Numbered from the stretch's first letter, positions 1 through 9,331 are shown. The stretch is 64,000 nucleotides of DNA from a virus (IMGVR_UViG_3300032046_000009), one strand, 5' to 3'. Program-made: numbers and translations. Notes: generated by a model not told the origin, from the sequence alone.

Positions 1-26
1 TAGAACAGGAACTATGAAGTCAAATA

Positions 27-100
27 GGTAGTATATAAGGGTTTCGGTATAGGGTAGTATATAAACGTTTCGGTATGGCGACCTATATAAAGGTTGTGGT
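27..100 (-). promoter_or_regulatory. three tandem BRE/TATA-like promoter repeats (GTAGTATATAAGGGTTTCGGTAT-like), minus-oriented, driving transcription leftwards out of the window
   Basis: three consecutive approx 23-bp units each containing TATATAA plus GTTTCGG. Confidence 0.35.
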
Positions 101-351
101 CAACCGAAAGTTGAACTTCTGGGGGTAACTGTCTGGGGTGTAACGCACATAGGTATATATTAAGTTAAAATTTGTTTTTCCGCTAAGTTTGCAAGTCAAA
201 AAAAGAGGGAGTTTTATCGGTTCTGTTCGAGCAGTTCAAAAAATCGCTTATTAAACAGTTTGCCGAGATTTCCTTTTAATTTCGGTTGTGTCCGAATTCG
301 TCTTTTTTGTTCCATGATTATCACCAAAAAAACAAAAAGGGGGTAGGGGGG

Positions 352-618
352 TTAATAGCCGTATTTGTTGTTTAATTCGGTTCTGAATTGCTCTTTTTCT
401 GTTTCGGTCAAAGCGTCCGTCTTTTCTAGCAGTTTATGTATGACGGTTTCGAAGTCAAATTTCTCCCATGTTCTGTTTACGTAGCATACTTTAGCCTTTT
501 CGTATTCATTGCCATTTTTGAACAGCCTTGCATCATGTCTAAAACCGCTTCTTGTGCTCACAAATTCACAGAGTATTTCTGTGGTTTCATTCACTTTAAA
601 GATTCTTGCCATTTTCAC
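352..618 (-). CDS. hypothetical small protein (88 aa), probable ATG start at 612
   Basis: track ORF; promoter box TTTATAAGG about 30 nt upstream on minus strand (636-660). Confidence 0.5.
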   Translation of the reverse strand: MKMARIFKVNETTEILCEFVSTRSGFRHDARLFKNGNEYEKAKVCYVNRTWEKFDFETVIHKLLEKTDALTETEKEQFRTELNNKYGY

Positions 619-658
619 ACGTCCTTAATACCTATATGTCAGCGTCCCTTATAAACCT

Positions 659-949
659 TTAGGTGTTCGTTAATCCATAGCGATATTTGGCGTTAATGGT
701 TTGAATCACCTTAATAGCTGAGGCTTCAGGTTGAATAACCTGAACTTTACGGTATGCTAAAGCTATAAAGGTCTGACATTCACAGCATAAAACTTCGCAT
801 ACTTCTAAGTTGCTGTCAGGAACCGCTTCCCATGTGGTTTTTAGTTGTGCCTTTTTGTGCTCGCATGGGTTCTTATCTATGTCACGGTATCCGTCCATAA
901 CTTTTAGATAAGCGAAATATTCTTGTTGTTCTAGTTCGTCCACGTTCAC
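659..949 (-). CDS. hypothetical Cys-rich small protein (96 aa)
   Basis: track ORF; CEVLCCEC motif; AAGGACGTG leader; TATA at 980-1000. Confidence 0.5.
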   Translation of the reverse strand: MNVDELEQQEYFAYLKVMDGYRDIDKNPCEHKKAQLKTTWEAVPDSNLEVCEVLCCECQTFIALAYRKVQVIQPEASAIKVIQTINAKYRYGLTNT

Positions 950-1033
950 ACGTCCTTAACTATAGTAATAGCATCGCCTCTTATAAAGGTTTGCCTAAAA
1001 TCGGAAAGTTTATATACTAGAAAAAAGGGTTGT

Positions 1034-1321
1034 TTAGAGTTGCTGTTCTTCAATGGCTTTTTCTCTGAGTCTAGCGATGAGTCTAAGATGTAGCTGTTCG
1101 ATTTGTTCAGGGTAGAGGTAAACAAAAGACTCTTCAATATCGGATTCGCTGAAAGCTATTGCCCCGTTGTCGTATTCGATAAGTTCAACTATGCTTGTGT
1201 TTGCCCCACAGCATCGATGACGCTTATTTACTAACTTAGTTCGACATTTTACATTATCTTTCACTTTTCCACGTCCTTGTAATATAGTATAGCACCGACC
1301 TATATAAACGTTGCTACTCAA
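1034..1321 (-). CDS. hypothetical protein; true start probably GTG near 1265 (about 77 aa)
   Basis: track ORF; AAGGACGTG leader and TATA at 1298-1312 lie inside the annotated 5 prime end; oligo-A (minus oligo-T) terminator at 1021-1030. Confidence 0.4.
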   Translation of the reverse strand: MSSNVYIGRCYTILQGRGKVKDNVKCRTKLVNKRHRCCGANTSIVELIEYDNGAIAFSESDIEESFVYLYPEQIEQLHLRLIARLREKAIEEQQL

Positions 1322-1497
1322 AATTGAGTTCTGATGTCGGCGAATCTCGGTTGTCTCAGCCTAAACGCTCTTGTGAATGTAAAACCCTGTCTCGTGAGTT
1401 CAGCCCTCATATTTTCAACATTATGACCGCACAGTAAAAGCGTAGCTGTCCCGTGTGCCTCTGTTCGTGTTCCCGTAACGTAAAATAGCTGTGCCAT
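1318..1497 (-). CDS. hypothetical small protein (about 59 aa, MAQLFYVTGTRTEAHG...)
   Basis: hand-translated minus ORF with promoter box at 1532-1560. Confidence 0.3.
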   Translation of the reverse strand: MAQLFYVTGTRTEAHGTATLLLCGHNVENMRAELTRQGFTFTRAFRLRQPRFADIRTQF

Positions 1498-1678
1498 ATT
1501 TTCACCAATAGCATATAGGCATCGTAGCTTATAAACCTTTACCTAAAAACCGAAGGTTTATAAAGGACGACCACAACAAGCGCAAAACGGTTTTGTGTGA
1601 ATCAAAGTTTTACCGTAACCTATTGATTCTTCAACATATCGCCATATAACCTTATTTTTCTCCATTTTGTCACCGTCC

Positions 1679-1694
1679 TTAATCAGTTGATTAA
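1679..1694. promoter_or_regulatory. palindromic site TTAATCAGTTGATTAA
   Basis: TTAATCA-NN-TGATTAA family. Confidence 0.6.
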
Positions 1695-1699
1695 TTGGT

Positions 1700-2250
1700 G
1701 AGGCTTACGGATTCGCACCGTCAAACCCGAACCTACGCGAAGTTTGCACCTTCGCACGATTTGAGGCTTCGGTTTATAAGTCCTCGCCTCGCCTCTTCGG
1801 TTGTGCACCGAGTTCGCTACCGAGTAGAGCAAGTCCTCAATAGTATAATAGTACCGTCCTTTATAAAGGTTTCTGTACTAAAGTGTACGCAAAGGTTTAT
1901 ATACCCGTGTGCTATAGTAGTATTAGGGACGGTGGCGACACGAATCGGATATTACATGGACACGAATGCCATGAGTTCGGTTGCACCACGAGTTGAACTT
2001 TTGGTGTTCCGAAAAAATAATAGAAAAAAGGTGTCGGGAGTCCCGTTTAGTGTTTTGCACTTTTTTGGGTTATCCGTCTTTACGCTCTACCGTTCATCGA
2101 CTTACACTCCTATCGAACGTTTCGAACCGTTCTACCGTTCATCGGTAAGCACTCCTATCGAGCGTGTGTCAGAAGGCTAATTGTCCCTTTGTTAAGGGCT
2201 AATTGTCCCTCGTCCTTGTGAGGCTTCACGAGTTCGCCGTCTTGGGTCGC
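1700..2250 (-). ncRNA. candidate structured non-coding RNA or regulatory repeat region (GC-rich, ORF-less, promoter at 2278-2300)
   Basis: GC-rich island in an AT-rich context; minus-oriented TATA box upstream; tandem 48-bp repeat x2 and 14-bp repeat x2 inside; only a spurious plus ORF. Confidence 0.25.
2085..2211. repeat. tandem direct repeats: CTACCGTTCATCG..CTCCTATCGA(A/G)CGT x2 (about 48 bp period) and GGCTAATTGTCCCT x2
   Basis: read directly in the sequence. Confidence 0.7.
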
Positions 2251-2352
2251 CCGCGCCTCAATAATATACTATGTCAGCGTGGTATATAAACCTTTCTCAA
2301 TTTGTGATTATAGAAAGTTGAACTATTGTCCCTTGCTTATAAAGGTTTCGAC

Positions 2353-2368
2353 TTAATCAGTTGATTAA
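2353..2368. promoter_or_regulatory. palindromic site TTAATCAGTTGATTAA between TATA and ATG
   Basis: TTAATCA-NN-TGATTAA family. Confidence 0.6.
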
Positions 2369-2624
2369 AAAATGCCAAATTCGCCGTTCCGCTTCGCCGT
2401 ACCGTTCCATCAATACCTACGATGTTTCCGAATTTCGTGATGAAAAGTGGGCAACTGTGATTGAAAAGCATGGGAAAAGACCATACCTACACGTCTGTTC
2501 ACGATTCATCACAATGGGAGCTATGGGAAAAAAGCATGGTATTGTGGTGAATAGTGAGCAACTGTGTATTGTGTGGCTAAACGAAAAATTCTCTAAGTTT
2601 TCAGTTAATAGAAAGTTGTACTAA

Positions 2625-2640
2625 AAAAAGAAGGGAAAGT
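2625..2640 (-). terminator. oligo-T terminator (TCCCTTCTTTTTTT on minus strand)
   Basis: A7 run on plus strand immediately 3 prime of the minus gene end; same AAAAAAAGAGGGA-like element recurs at 195-210, 1021-1030, 3540-3555, 6975-6985. Confidence 0.45.
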
Positions 2641-2663
2641 TGCACCGTCTATATCACGGTGGT

Positions 2664-2897
2664 TTAACTCCACAGGCGCACCACAAGTCTGTTTACCGTT
2701 GCAAACTCTGGGTTGACCACGTTAGTTATCCCTGCAAGTTTAACTATTTCGCCGATTATGGTTATTCTTGCAGTTGTTCCGCAGTTGATACATTCGCTTG
2801 TACGCTGTGGTAGTCTCGCAGTTGCACTTTTTATAGCCTTCACGGATTTAACTATCGTGTGGTGTCTGCATTTGGGACAATTTCCGAAATATTCCAT
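2664..2897 (-). CDS. zinc-ribbon small protein (77 aa; CPKC...CINC)
   Basis: track ORF; two CxxC pairs; followed by minus-strand oligo-T at 2625-2640. Confidence 0.55.
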   Translation of the reverse strand: MEYFGNCPKCRHHTIVKSVKAIKSATARLPQRTSECINCGTTARITIIGEIVKLAGITNVVNPEFATVNRLVVRLWS

Positions 2898-3490
2898 TAT
2901 TCATTCACCTCTTTATTAGTTGTATAGTAGTCTAGTGAGTTAGGGCTGACGGTTGCACTTTTGATTATCTTTATTATTCGTTTCGCTCTTATATAATCTA
3001 TGTGTCCGTGTTTGCCCTTATATACTACAGGAACCGTTAGACTTCGAATCCCGACCCGTTTTAAGAGCCTTCTACGCAATGCGTCACGTCTTACGACTAA
3101 AAGGTAATTCTTGTGCCAATTTGGGCTTATTTCTATGTCAATTTGGGTCTTAGGGTCAAAGAAGTCTAATTTGAAAATGTGCCAGCGGTTGCACCTATCC
3201 TTAACTTTTATGCGTACCTCATGGTTCAACTCTAGGTTAAAGTCGTCCACTAATCTCTTGAATTGTGCCTCTAAATGGGTAAATACGTTAGGATTACGCT
3301 TAGAATTCAATTTCCAGCAATTTCCAAAGCCCTTTCCTTTAGCCTTGCCTTTTTCACAGTCCTTATAGTGTTTAAAGAATTCTAAGAACTGCACTTGTGA
3401 TTCTAGGCTTAAATCGAAGAGTCCGATAACGTCCGTGTCCTCTAGTTGTGTTAAGTGTTCGCATATTACGCTAAGTTGTAAGTGTTCCAC
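2897..3490 (-). CDS. hypothetical protein (197 aa), GTG start, lysine-rich
   Basis: track ORF; overlaps downstream gene at 2897; promoter box 3515-3545. Confidence 0.55.
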   Translation of the reverse strand: MEHLQLSVICEHLTQLEDTDVIGLFDLSLESQVQFLEFFKHYKDCEKGKAKGKGFGNCWKLNSKRNPNVFTHLEAQFKRLVDDFNLELNHEVRIKVKDRCNRWHIFKLDFFDPKTQIDIEISPNWHKNYLLVVRRDALRRRLLKRVGIRSLTVPVVYKGKHGHIDYIRAKRIIKIIKSATVSPNSLDYYTTNKEVNE

Positions 3491-3564
3491 GTTCGCACGT
3501 CCTTCAATACTATAATGTCAGCGTCCTATATAAACCTTCGCATTAAAAAAAGAAGGGAATTGTT

Positions 3565-3858
3565 TCAAACGAAATACGGATGTCCGTTTATGCTTATCAG
3601 TTGACTCTTCTGTGAGCATATCCGCTTTAAATCTTCGCCGTATTTAAGTATTTGTTCAGGAGAAACCACGGTTGAACTTTCGATTATCCAAATTTGCACG
3701 TTGTCCAGATACAATTTTCCGTTGTCCAGCCATAGACCCTCACAGTTGTTAATGATAGTTAAACCGCCGAATGCACCGCACAGTTGAACTTTCACAGCAT
3801 CCAATTTCGTTTTATCTGGGTTCTCAGTTGTGACCACGTAGATTTTTATTTCTACCAT
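3565..3858 (-). CDS. hypothetical protein (97 aa)
   Basis: track ORF; TATA at 3888-3900. Confidence 0.5.
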   Translation of the reverse strand: MVEIKIYVVTTENPDKTKLDAVKVQLCGAFGGLTIINNCEGLWLDNGKLYLDNVQIWIIESSTVVSPEQILKYGEDLKRICSQKSQLISINGHPYFV

Positions 3859-3894
3859 CTTTCCACGTCCTTAATAGTGTAATAGCACCGTGAC

Positions 3895-4416
3895 TTATAA
3901 ACCTTCGCTTTTTTTGGTAAACTTAGCGAATTTTGAGATAACGCTCTGCTGTAGCTCTAGCTGTGCATCTATTGTACATGTCCCGATAAACTCACAATAG
4001 ACCCACTCGTTTATCGTTTCTTGTATCAATTCCAACACTAGAGGGTCTGGATTATTATCAAGCAATTCATTTATTGCTGTTTTCCAAGCATAAACCTCTT
4101 GTTTCAGCAAAAATTCTCTATCGTATGACAGGCAAAATTCGGCAATATCCATATTAGGGTAAAGCGTTTGATATACGATAATATGTCCTATTTCGTGATT
4201 CAGAATTAACGCTTTTACCTTATCAGGTATTGAACCATAACCATTAATATAATTAGTTGAATAGTTCTTAGTTCCAATAATGATTTTTCGCTCAGGGTAA
4301 AATGAAGCCTTCGAATGATTCCAGCTTAGGATATAACTGTACTCGATACGGAAACCTAGTTTTTGCGCTAAGTTTTCAAGTCGTGTCAATTCATCCTTAT
4401 CGTTCAAATGTTCCAC
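3895..4416 (-). CDS. putative small zinc metallopeptidase-like protein (HEIGH = HExxH motif)
   Basis: track ORF 173 aa; LNHEIGHIIVY zincin-type motif; promoter elements 4440-4495. Confidence 0.45.
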   Translation of the reverse strand: MEHLNDKDELTRLENLAQKLGFRIEYSYILSWNHSKASFYPERKIIIGTKNYSTNYINGYGSIPDKVKALILNHEIGHIIVYQTLYPNMDIAEFCLSYDREFLLKQEVYAWKTAINELLDNNPDPLVLELIQETINEWVYCEFIGTCTIDAQLELQQSVISKFAKFTKKSEGL

Positions 4417-4499
4417 GTCCTTAAAGATGATATAACACCGTCCTTAATAAAGAGTTCTATGGTTTTTCTTGTAATAGGTATATAAACCTTTCGCTCTGT

Positions 4500-4760
4500 T
4501 CGAACCTGTCCGTGCCAGCGATACCCAAAAGGACTGTATATCAAACCCGTTTGTCAAAAACAAGCCCTGAGCATGTCGTTCGGACGAATACGCTCAATTC
4601 CCTTTATATTTGCTCAACGATATTGAGCGAGCAAGCCCCGTTTAGTCGAATAAGGCTAAATCGTGGAGTTCGGGTCTATGTTAGGCATGGTCAATTCAAC
4701 ATCAGTCCTATGGTAACTATGGTTCGATGACGTTCGTTTAGCTAAATCAGCCTTAGAGCT
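4500..4760 (-). ncRNA. candidate small structured RNA region (GC-rich, ORF-less)
   Basis: GC-rich; flanked by several TATA-like elements (4478-4495, 4858-4885); only a weak plus ORF. Confidence 0.2.
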
Positions 4761-5439
4761 AGTCATCGCGGCGAGTTCGAATCTATAAGATGCCTCTATT
4801 AACTGATTCCGCCTCAAATCGGGGTCCGATGATGTGTAGCTAAAGTGTATCTGTGTTCTACAACTAAAAGCAAACGTTTATATAGGACGCTGAGAACGTA
4901 GTATTTGGCGGCGGCGGTTCGCGTTAAGCGTATATTACATAGTTACGCATCTTATGAATTCAGTTGCACTAAAAGTTCAACTTTGGGTTGCCTCTCTCCC
5001 GTGTCTTGCGTCAAGCTACTAGCAGATACGCACAGCCCTATATAAACCTTCCTATTAAAGTGTAGAACAGAGATACAATAGGAACCTTTATATACCTCGC
5101 TATCCTCTTCTCAGCGCGCCTCAAATCGTGCTTCGTTTGGCTAATCCGCCTCGATTCAGCCCTAATTGAACATGGTTGTTCTAGGCAAACATTTATAAGC
5201 AACCATGCCTTTTATATGGTATGTATCGAAAGACGTGATTAAACCCAGAGTTGTACTTTATGGTTCGAATTTTGCTAAGTTTGCACATATATAAGCAACC
5301 GATAGGTTTAAATAGCTACTATATAAGGCTATCGGCGATACGCTTAAATAGGGGGTATATAAACGTTTTGGTCTAGCACAACTTCTAGTGTAACAAAAAG
5401 TGCAACTTTTGGGGTAACGCCTCGGCTAACAGGAAATTG

Positions 5440-5680
5440 TCCGTAGAATGCAACTGAGAATGTCACATAAGCGCACATAGGCGTTTTTTTGATTCCAATT
5501 ATTTTCTGGTCAGAGCTTCCACGCCGTCCGTTTTACCTGTCGGTTTGCCCTGCTTAATCACCTGATTAAAAGTTCTCCACAGTTCCGCGAGCCTTTCGGA
5601 TAATAAAGTCACCGTTTGCCAAAACGTCTTTTTTTCAGGGCTATTTTGGCATTCAGGGGAGCTAGAGGGGGGGGACTTGT
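5440..5680. repeat. composite intergenic module copy 1 (GTCACATAAGCGCACATAGGCGTTTTTTT ... palindrome ... AACGTCTTTTTTTCAGGG..GCTAGAGGGGGGGGACT)
   Basis: shares about 45-nt 5 prime block, internal TTAATCA palindrome and 3 prime G-rich block with copies at 19745-20035 and 40840-41070. Confidence 0.6.
5554..5569. promoter_or_regulatory. palindromic site TTAATCACCTGATTAA
   Basis: 16-bp perfect palindrome family TTAATCA-NN-TGATTAA. Confidence 0.6.
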
Positions 5681-5699
5681 TTATAATGGGGTATTAATC

Positions 5700-6260
5700 A
5701 GTTGTTTAAAATAGAGCTATAGCACTATGTCAGTCAGCACGTTGTCGTATGCCAACTATTCACTCCATAGACCCTTTACGTATGACAACCCTTTTCTTTA
5801 CGTATGTAAAGGTCATCAGTATCTTTTATCGAGCATTTCTTTTATCCATGTACTCCACTTTTTAGCTATTCTGGGGGTCTAGTACCACTTTTAGGGGTCT
5901 TTTGAGGGGTATAGGGAGTCATCTAGGGGGTTAGTGATTAGAGGTCGTTAGGGGTTCGTGGTTAAGGGGGTCGGACGGGGGTTCTCTGGGGTTCGGGAAT
6001 TTACTTAACAATTTCTGTTAATGGTTAGGGGGGTCGGGGTAAAGGGTGCATGTGGCATGAGAGAGCCTGTTACGAGCTACGATTCGTTAATCAGTTGATT
6101 AAAAGTTCGGGTTTGCCTGTGTCGCCTTGCTACGGGCTTGGCAGAACTTGGGTCAGTCTGGGTTGACTAGGTGAAATCAAAAAGTGTTAAGGATTCTTAA
6201 CAAAAATTGTCTAAGTTTGCAGAGGGTAAAAGAGGGGGTTTCGAGAGAGGTTAGAAGGAA
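5700..6260. repeat. G-tract-rich non-coding block (irregularly spaced TAGGGG(G)T / GGGGTC units, more than 15 G4-5 runs)
   Basis: read directly; no ORF; contains palindrome at 6087-6102. Confidence 0.6.
6087..6102. promoter_or_regulatory. palindromic site TTAATCAGTTGATTAA
   Basis: TTAATCA-NN-TGATTAA family. Confidence 0.6.
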
Positions 6261-6389
6261 TGAGTAGAACGGGCGAAGGGAAAGCGCGAGAAAGGACGGT
6301 GAAAAAATGGAACAATATCCCTTCGCCCTTGATAGAGTAGTATGTCAAACGGGTATATAAAGGTTGTGGTAGAAAGACCATGCTCGAAT

Positions 6390-6617
6390 CTAGTGTTCGA
6401 CTTTATAGATTCCATAGAGCAGTACCAATATTCCAACAGGGACACCCAAAAATAGAAGCGGTGAAAATAGCGCACCAAAAGTAGCAGAAAAAGCGAAAAT
6501 GAAAATTCCACCCAGAATTGCCCCTATACTTTGGGTTAGAGGGTCACGTATGACTTCGATGGTTCTTGTGTAGAGCCACTTAAAGAATCCTATTTTTTGC
6601 TTGACCATCTTGTTCAC
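6390..6617 (-). CDS. small membrane protein (75 aa, 2 predicted TM helices)
   Basis: track ORF; hydrophobic stretches; promoter box 6641-6675. Confidence 0.5.
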   Translation of the reverse strand: MNKMVKQKIGFFKWLYTRTIEVIRDPLTQSIGAILGGIFIFAFSATFGALFSPLLFLGVPVGILVLLYGIYKVEH

Positions 6618-6671
6618 TTGATAATAACAACAACACCGAGCTATATAAAGGTTTCCTAAGAACGTCCATGC

Positions 6672-6809
6672 TCAAAATTCAATGTGAACTTTGAGTATTC
6701 CAGAAAGTATTAGAGCTATTACAACTACGAAAAAGGCTATCGGGGCAAATGCCATGATTATGCCAGCGTTCTCTTTTACTTTCTTAATCACGGTTTTTAG
6801 TGTTATCAT
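6672..6809 (-). CDS. small membrane protein (about 45 aa, 1 TM) with approx 105-nt structured 5 prime leader
   Basis: hand-translated; leader 6810-6915 has hairpins GGAAAC-AA-GGTTTCC and CGTCC...GGACG; promoter box 6941-6980. Confidence 0.3.
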   Translation of the reverse strand: MITLKTVIKKVKENAGIIMAFAPIAFFVVVIALILSGILKVHIEF

Positions 6810-7165
6810 TTTAGACCACTTAGATTAGCGCGGAACACGGACGATTCTCCAATAAGCGTCCATCACTCGTCAGCTAAGGACGTAGTTTGGAAACCTTGTT
6901 TCCGTGCTCATACGAGTAATACAATAATCAAACAACTATATAAAGATTGTGGTAGAAACATCATACTCAAAAAAAGAGAGTTTTAGAGAAATTGTTTATT
7001 CTCTGTCCGTATCTGAATGTCAATGTCCGTAACGAGTATTTCAATGCTGTCTATGTTTTGTTGTTTCTTGCGTCTTTTAGTCTTTACGGCATCTTTTAAG
7101 AGCTTTATGACGTATCGAGCTTGTTTCGGGGTTATTTTGACCTTAAACTCTTTGTCTATCATGGC

Positions 7166-7513
7166 TTAAGCGTCCTTCAAGTAAAGCGTATATCCGACTG
7201 AGAACCATCCCGTTTGGCAGAAGCCAATAATAACGGTTTCTCCGCGCGTTTCGCACTCTTTTATCTTGTCTTTCAGCAATTCGGTCATTGCTTTCGGGTC
7301 TGTTCCAGATTCACCCATAGTTGCTATCCATCCAGAATGAAGGTGTTCATTTTGAAGCCCTGTGCCTGAACGGGTCGTAATTTTGTCGTCATTTCCTAGT
7401 TCAATAGCGTGGTAGCCCCGTTTCTTTGCCAGCGCGTCTAATCTGTCATAGTCTTGGAAAACATTGCAATGGACGGGTGGGAATTTGTCTTTTGATGTTA
7501 GGAAGTTCTTCAT
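7166..7513 (-). CDS. hypothetical protein (115 aa)
   Basis: track ORF, operon with 7525..7914. Confidence 0.5.
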   Translation of the reverse strand: MKNFLTSKDKFPPVHCNVFQDYDRLDALAKKRGYHAIELGNDDKITTRSGTGLQNEHLHSGWIATMGESGTDPKAMTELLKDKIKECETRGETVIIGFCQTGWFSVGYTLYLKDA

Positions 7514-7524
7514 TGCTCAGTCAC

Positions 7525-7914
7525 CTATTGATGTCCGTCTTGAATATTCTGGAAAACTTCAATGAATCCGTGCATGTGAACGGCACACGCGAATAACTCA
7601 TAGATTCCATAGTATGACGCAAAGTTGTCATAACCAACACCCGAATCTACGAAGATTCTGGGTCGCTTTTGGACATTGCCCTTCTCTGTGAGTCCCGCTA
7701 GAACAACGACACGTTTTTCTGGGTTCTTTAGAAGATATTTTTCTAATTGTTCTCTTGCCTCTTTGCCGAAGTTGTCCTCAATGTTCGCTAGGTTCAAGTA
7801 TGTCAGCTTAGAGTATCGTTCAGATGGTTGTGCTGGATATTGGTTTTCGAGCCATGACTCTGAGGGTTTAACGTTCTTCGATGTCAGCTTTTCCTTTAAC
7901 TCTTGTAACTTCAT
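7525..7914 (-). CDS. hypothetical protein (129 aa)
   Basis: track ORF; promoter box 7948-7984. Confidence 0.5.
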   Translation of the reverse strand: MKLQELKEKLTSKNVKPSESWLENQYPAQPSERYSKLTYLNLANIEDNFGKEAREQLEKYLLKNPEKRVVVLAGLTEKGNVQKRPRIFVDSGVGYDNFASYYGIYELFACAVHMHGFIEVFQNIQDGHQ

Positions 7915-8149
7915 AGTTTCAACCTTTGAAGAGTAGTGTTCGCCGTCCTATATAAAGGTTCGCTAAGAACGAACGTGCTCAAAATTTTAGGGGGGTCTTG
8001 GCTAGTGCGTTTCGCCGTGACCCTAGTTTTATTTAATGTAGAGGTTGAAATTTGCCCTATGTCGTATCGCACCGCATAAGGATTTTTCAACGTGCGGAAT
8101 AGACATATACACACCGAAGTATATAAACTTTCGCTAAGAACAACCATAC

Positions 8150-8533
8150 TCAGAGAGGAATAACACCTAGCCATTTATAAACTTCGGTGTTAATTTCAGC
8201 CATACCCGAACCCGTCCATACGTTGTGAGGAATAGAAGTATGAAGAGACTCTGGAATGAAAATAACGTGTGATTTATCGATGTGGTGTCCTTCTGAACCG
8301 TTAAAAGGTGCGTTTAGAATAATAGAGCCTAATTCTCGGCGTTTAGCTTGAATCCTAGCTTGCGTTTTCTTGTGATAAATTCGATGTTCTCTCTCATATT
8401 TTCTCTCATAGTTTGGGTTTTCTAATCTCCATTTCCTCTTATATAACTTTACCTCTTTCTTATGTTTCAAACGCCAATTCTTGTAATATGTAATACGTTT
8501 TTCTCTTGAATCTGTGAGCGTCATTTGATTCAC
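8150..8533 (-). CDS. HNH-like nuclease-motif protein (127 aa), paralog of 9378..9704
   Basis: basic N-terminus; shared C-terminal block GxxxHHID...IPxxLHxSIxHxVWTGxGMAEIN with the paralog; promoter box 8119-8152. Confidence 0.4.
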   Translation of the reverse strand: MNQMTLTDSREKRITYYKNWRLKHKKEVKLYKRKWRLENPNYERKYEREHRIYHKKTQARIQAKRRELGSIILNAPFNGSEGHHIDKSHVIFIPESLHTSIPHNVWTGSGMAEINTEVYKWLGVIPL

Positions 8534-8579
8534 ATTAAACTAAATGTTAAACGTGCTTATAAAGGTTTCGGTAAAAGTT

Positions 8580-8830
8580 AGTTGGAACACGGGGGAGAGT
8601 GTGCCCCCGTGTTCTCGGACGTGGTTTGTGGTTTTTTGTCAGTTGAAGCACAAGTTGGTGGAATGCCCCGTGTACGGGACAAACCTTCGGTCTTGTGCGG
8701 TTCCGTTCTTTGTCGCTTATTTCGAACGTAACCCTAGCGACTATGAAGGGTCGGCAAGTTTGTGAGCGTATAGCTCTTTGGTCTTGCGCGCCCTTTGTTT
8801 AGACGCAAGCGCGTCATGTATTATTGAGAT
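8580..8830 (-). ncRNA. candidate structured RNA (GC-rich, ORF-less, minus promoter at 8840-8870)
   Basis: perfect hairpin GAACACGGGGG-N8-CCCCCGTGTTC at 8588-8618; palindromic GACGCAAGCGCGTC; no credible ORF. Confidence 0.25.
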
Positions 8831-8870
8831 GTCAAACGACTATATAAACTTTTCGGGAGAAAGACCATGT

Positions 8871-9266
8871 TTATTGTCTGGGTTTGTTTGCCCTTTCTCT
8901 AAAATCGTCTGTTTCTTGTTGTGTGAAAACTTTATCAATAGCTGGAAGTCTATCGCTCTTTACATAACCATGTAAAAGGTTTCTCTCTTCTACATATTCA
9001 TTATCGCTTTCAGCGTTCAAGTTGTGAGAAATAGCTGATAAACTTTCGTATGGAAGAATTCGGTTTAATACTTCATAAATTGCAACTTCATTGAATTCGT
9101 GAACGAACAACTCAGCACCAATATCATCAGCGATTATACTGTCAATGGAATAGATAACTTTGGTAATTTTAGTATCATATCTTGAAATAGTCCCAGAAGC
9201 CAAAGCTGTTCCATCGAGTTCAGCGTTATCGAAGTAAATTTTCTCCGTGTTCATCGCGTTCACCAA
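8871..9266 (-). CDS. hypothetical acidic protein (about 127 aa from ATG 9254)
   Basis: track ORF; promoter box 9291-9331 flanked by two palindromic sites. Confidence 0.5.
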   Translation of the reverse strand: MVNAMNTEKIYFDNAELDGTALASGTISRYDTKITKVIYSIDSIIADDIGAELFVHEFNEVAIYEVLNRILPYESLSAISHNLNAESDNEYVEERNLLHGYVKSDRLPAIDKVFTQQETDDFRERANKPRQ

Positions 9267-9286
9267 TTAATCAACTGATTAATCAG
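9267..9286. promoter_or_regulatory. palindromic site TTAATCAACTGATTAA(TCAG), between TATA and start of 8871..9266
   Basis: operator-like position downstream of TATA. Confidence 0.6.
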
Positions 9287-9331
9287 TACAGCGCGCTATA
9301 TAAAGTTTCGCCTAGAACGTCCATGTTCGAG

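Noticed and set aside
436-654. Plus-strand ORFs antisense to minus-strand genes (also 2713..2919, 3111..3368, 7676..7936, 11257..11580, 13901..14220, 17311..18165, 21602..21943, 25423..25935, 37927..38301, 47834..48157, 54238..55176, 57549..58050, 62097..62576)
   Set aside because: They are embedded antisense in well-supported minus-strand genes, have hydrophobic low-complexity translations typical of the reverse strand of AT-rich coding DNA, and lack promoters.
946-1137. 63-aa minus ORF overlapping 1034..1321
   Set aside because: It spans the promoter and terminator elements of the neighbouring genes and overlaps a better-supported ORF in another frame.
1695-2180. 161-aa plus-strand ORF
   Set aside because: It lies in a GC-rich repeat-containing non-coding island, has no promoter or SD in plus orientation and has a low-complexity, Arg/Ser-rich translation. 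More likely it is an artefact of GC richness.
4512-4730. 72-aa plus ORF
   Set aside because: It has no promoter or SD and is located in a GC-rich ORF-poor island more consistent with non-coding RNA.
5035-5100. Apparent inverted repeat of two TATA-like elements (TATATAAACCTTCCTATT / AATAGGAACCTTTATATA) as an IS terminal repeat
   Set aside because: The repeat is imperfect, and no transposase gene or target duplication is nearby. More likely these are two promoter elements in the promoter-dense 4800-5400 region.
6251-6511. 86-aa minus ORF overlapping the 6390..6617 membrane protein gene
   Set aside because: It is an alternative frame of a better gene and extends into the G-rich non-coding block.
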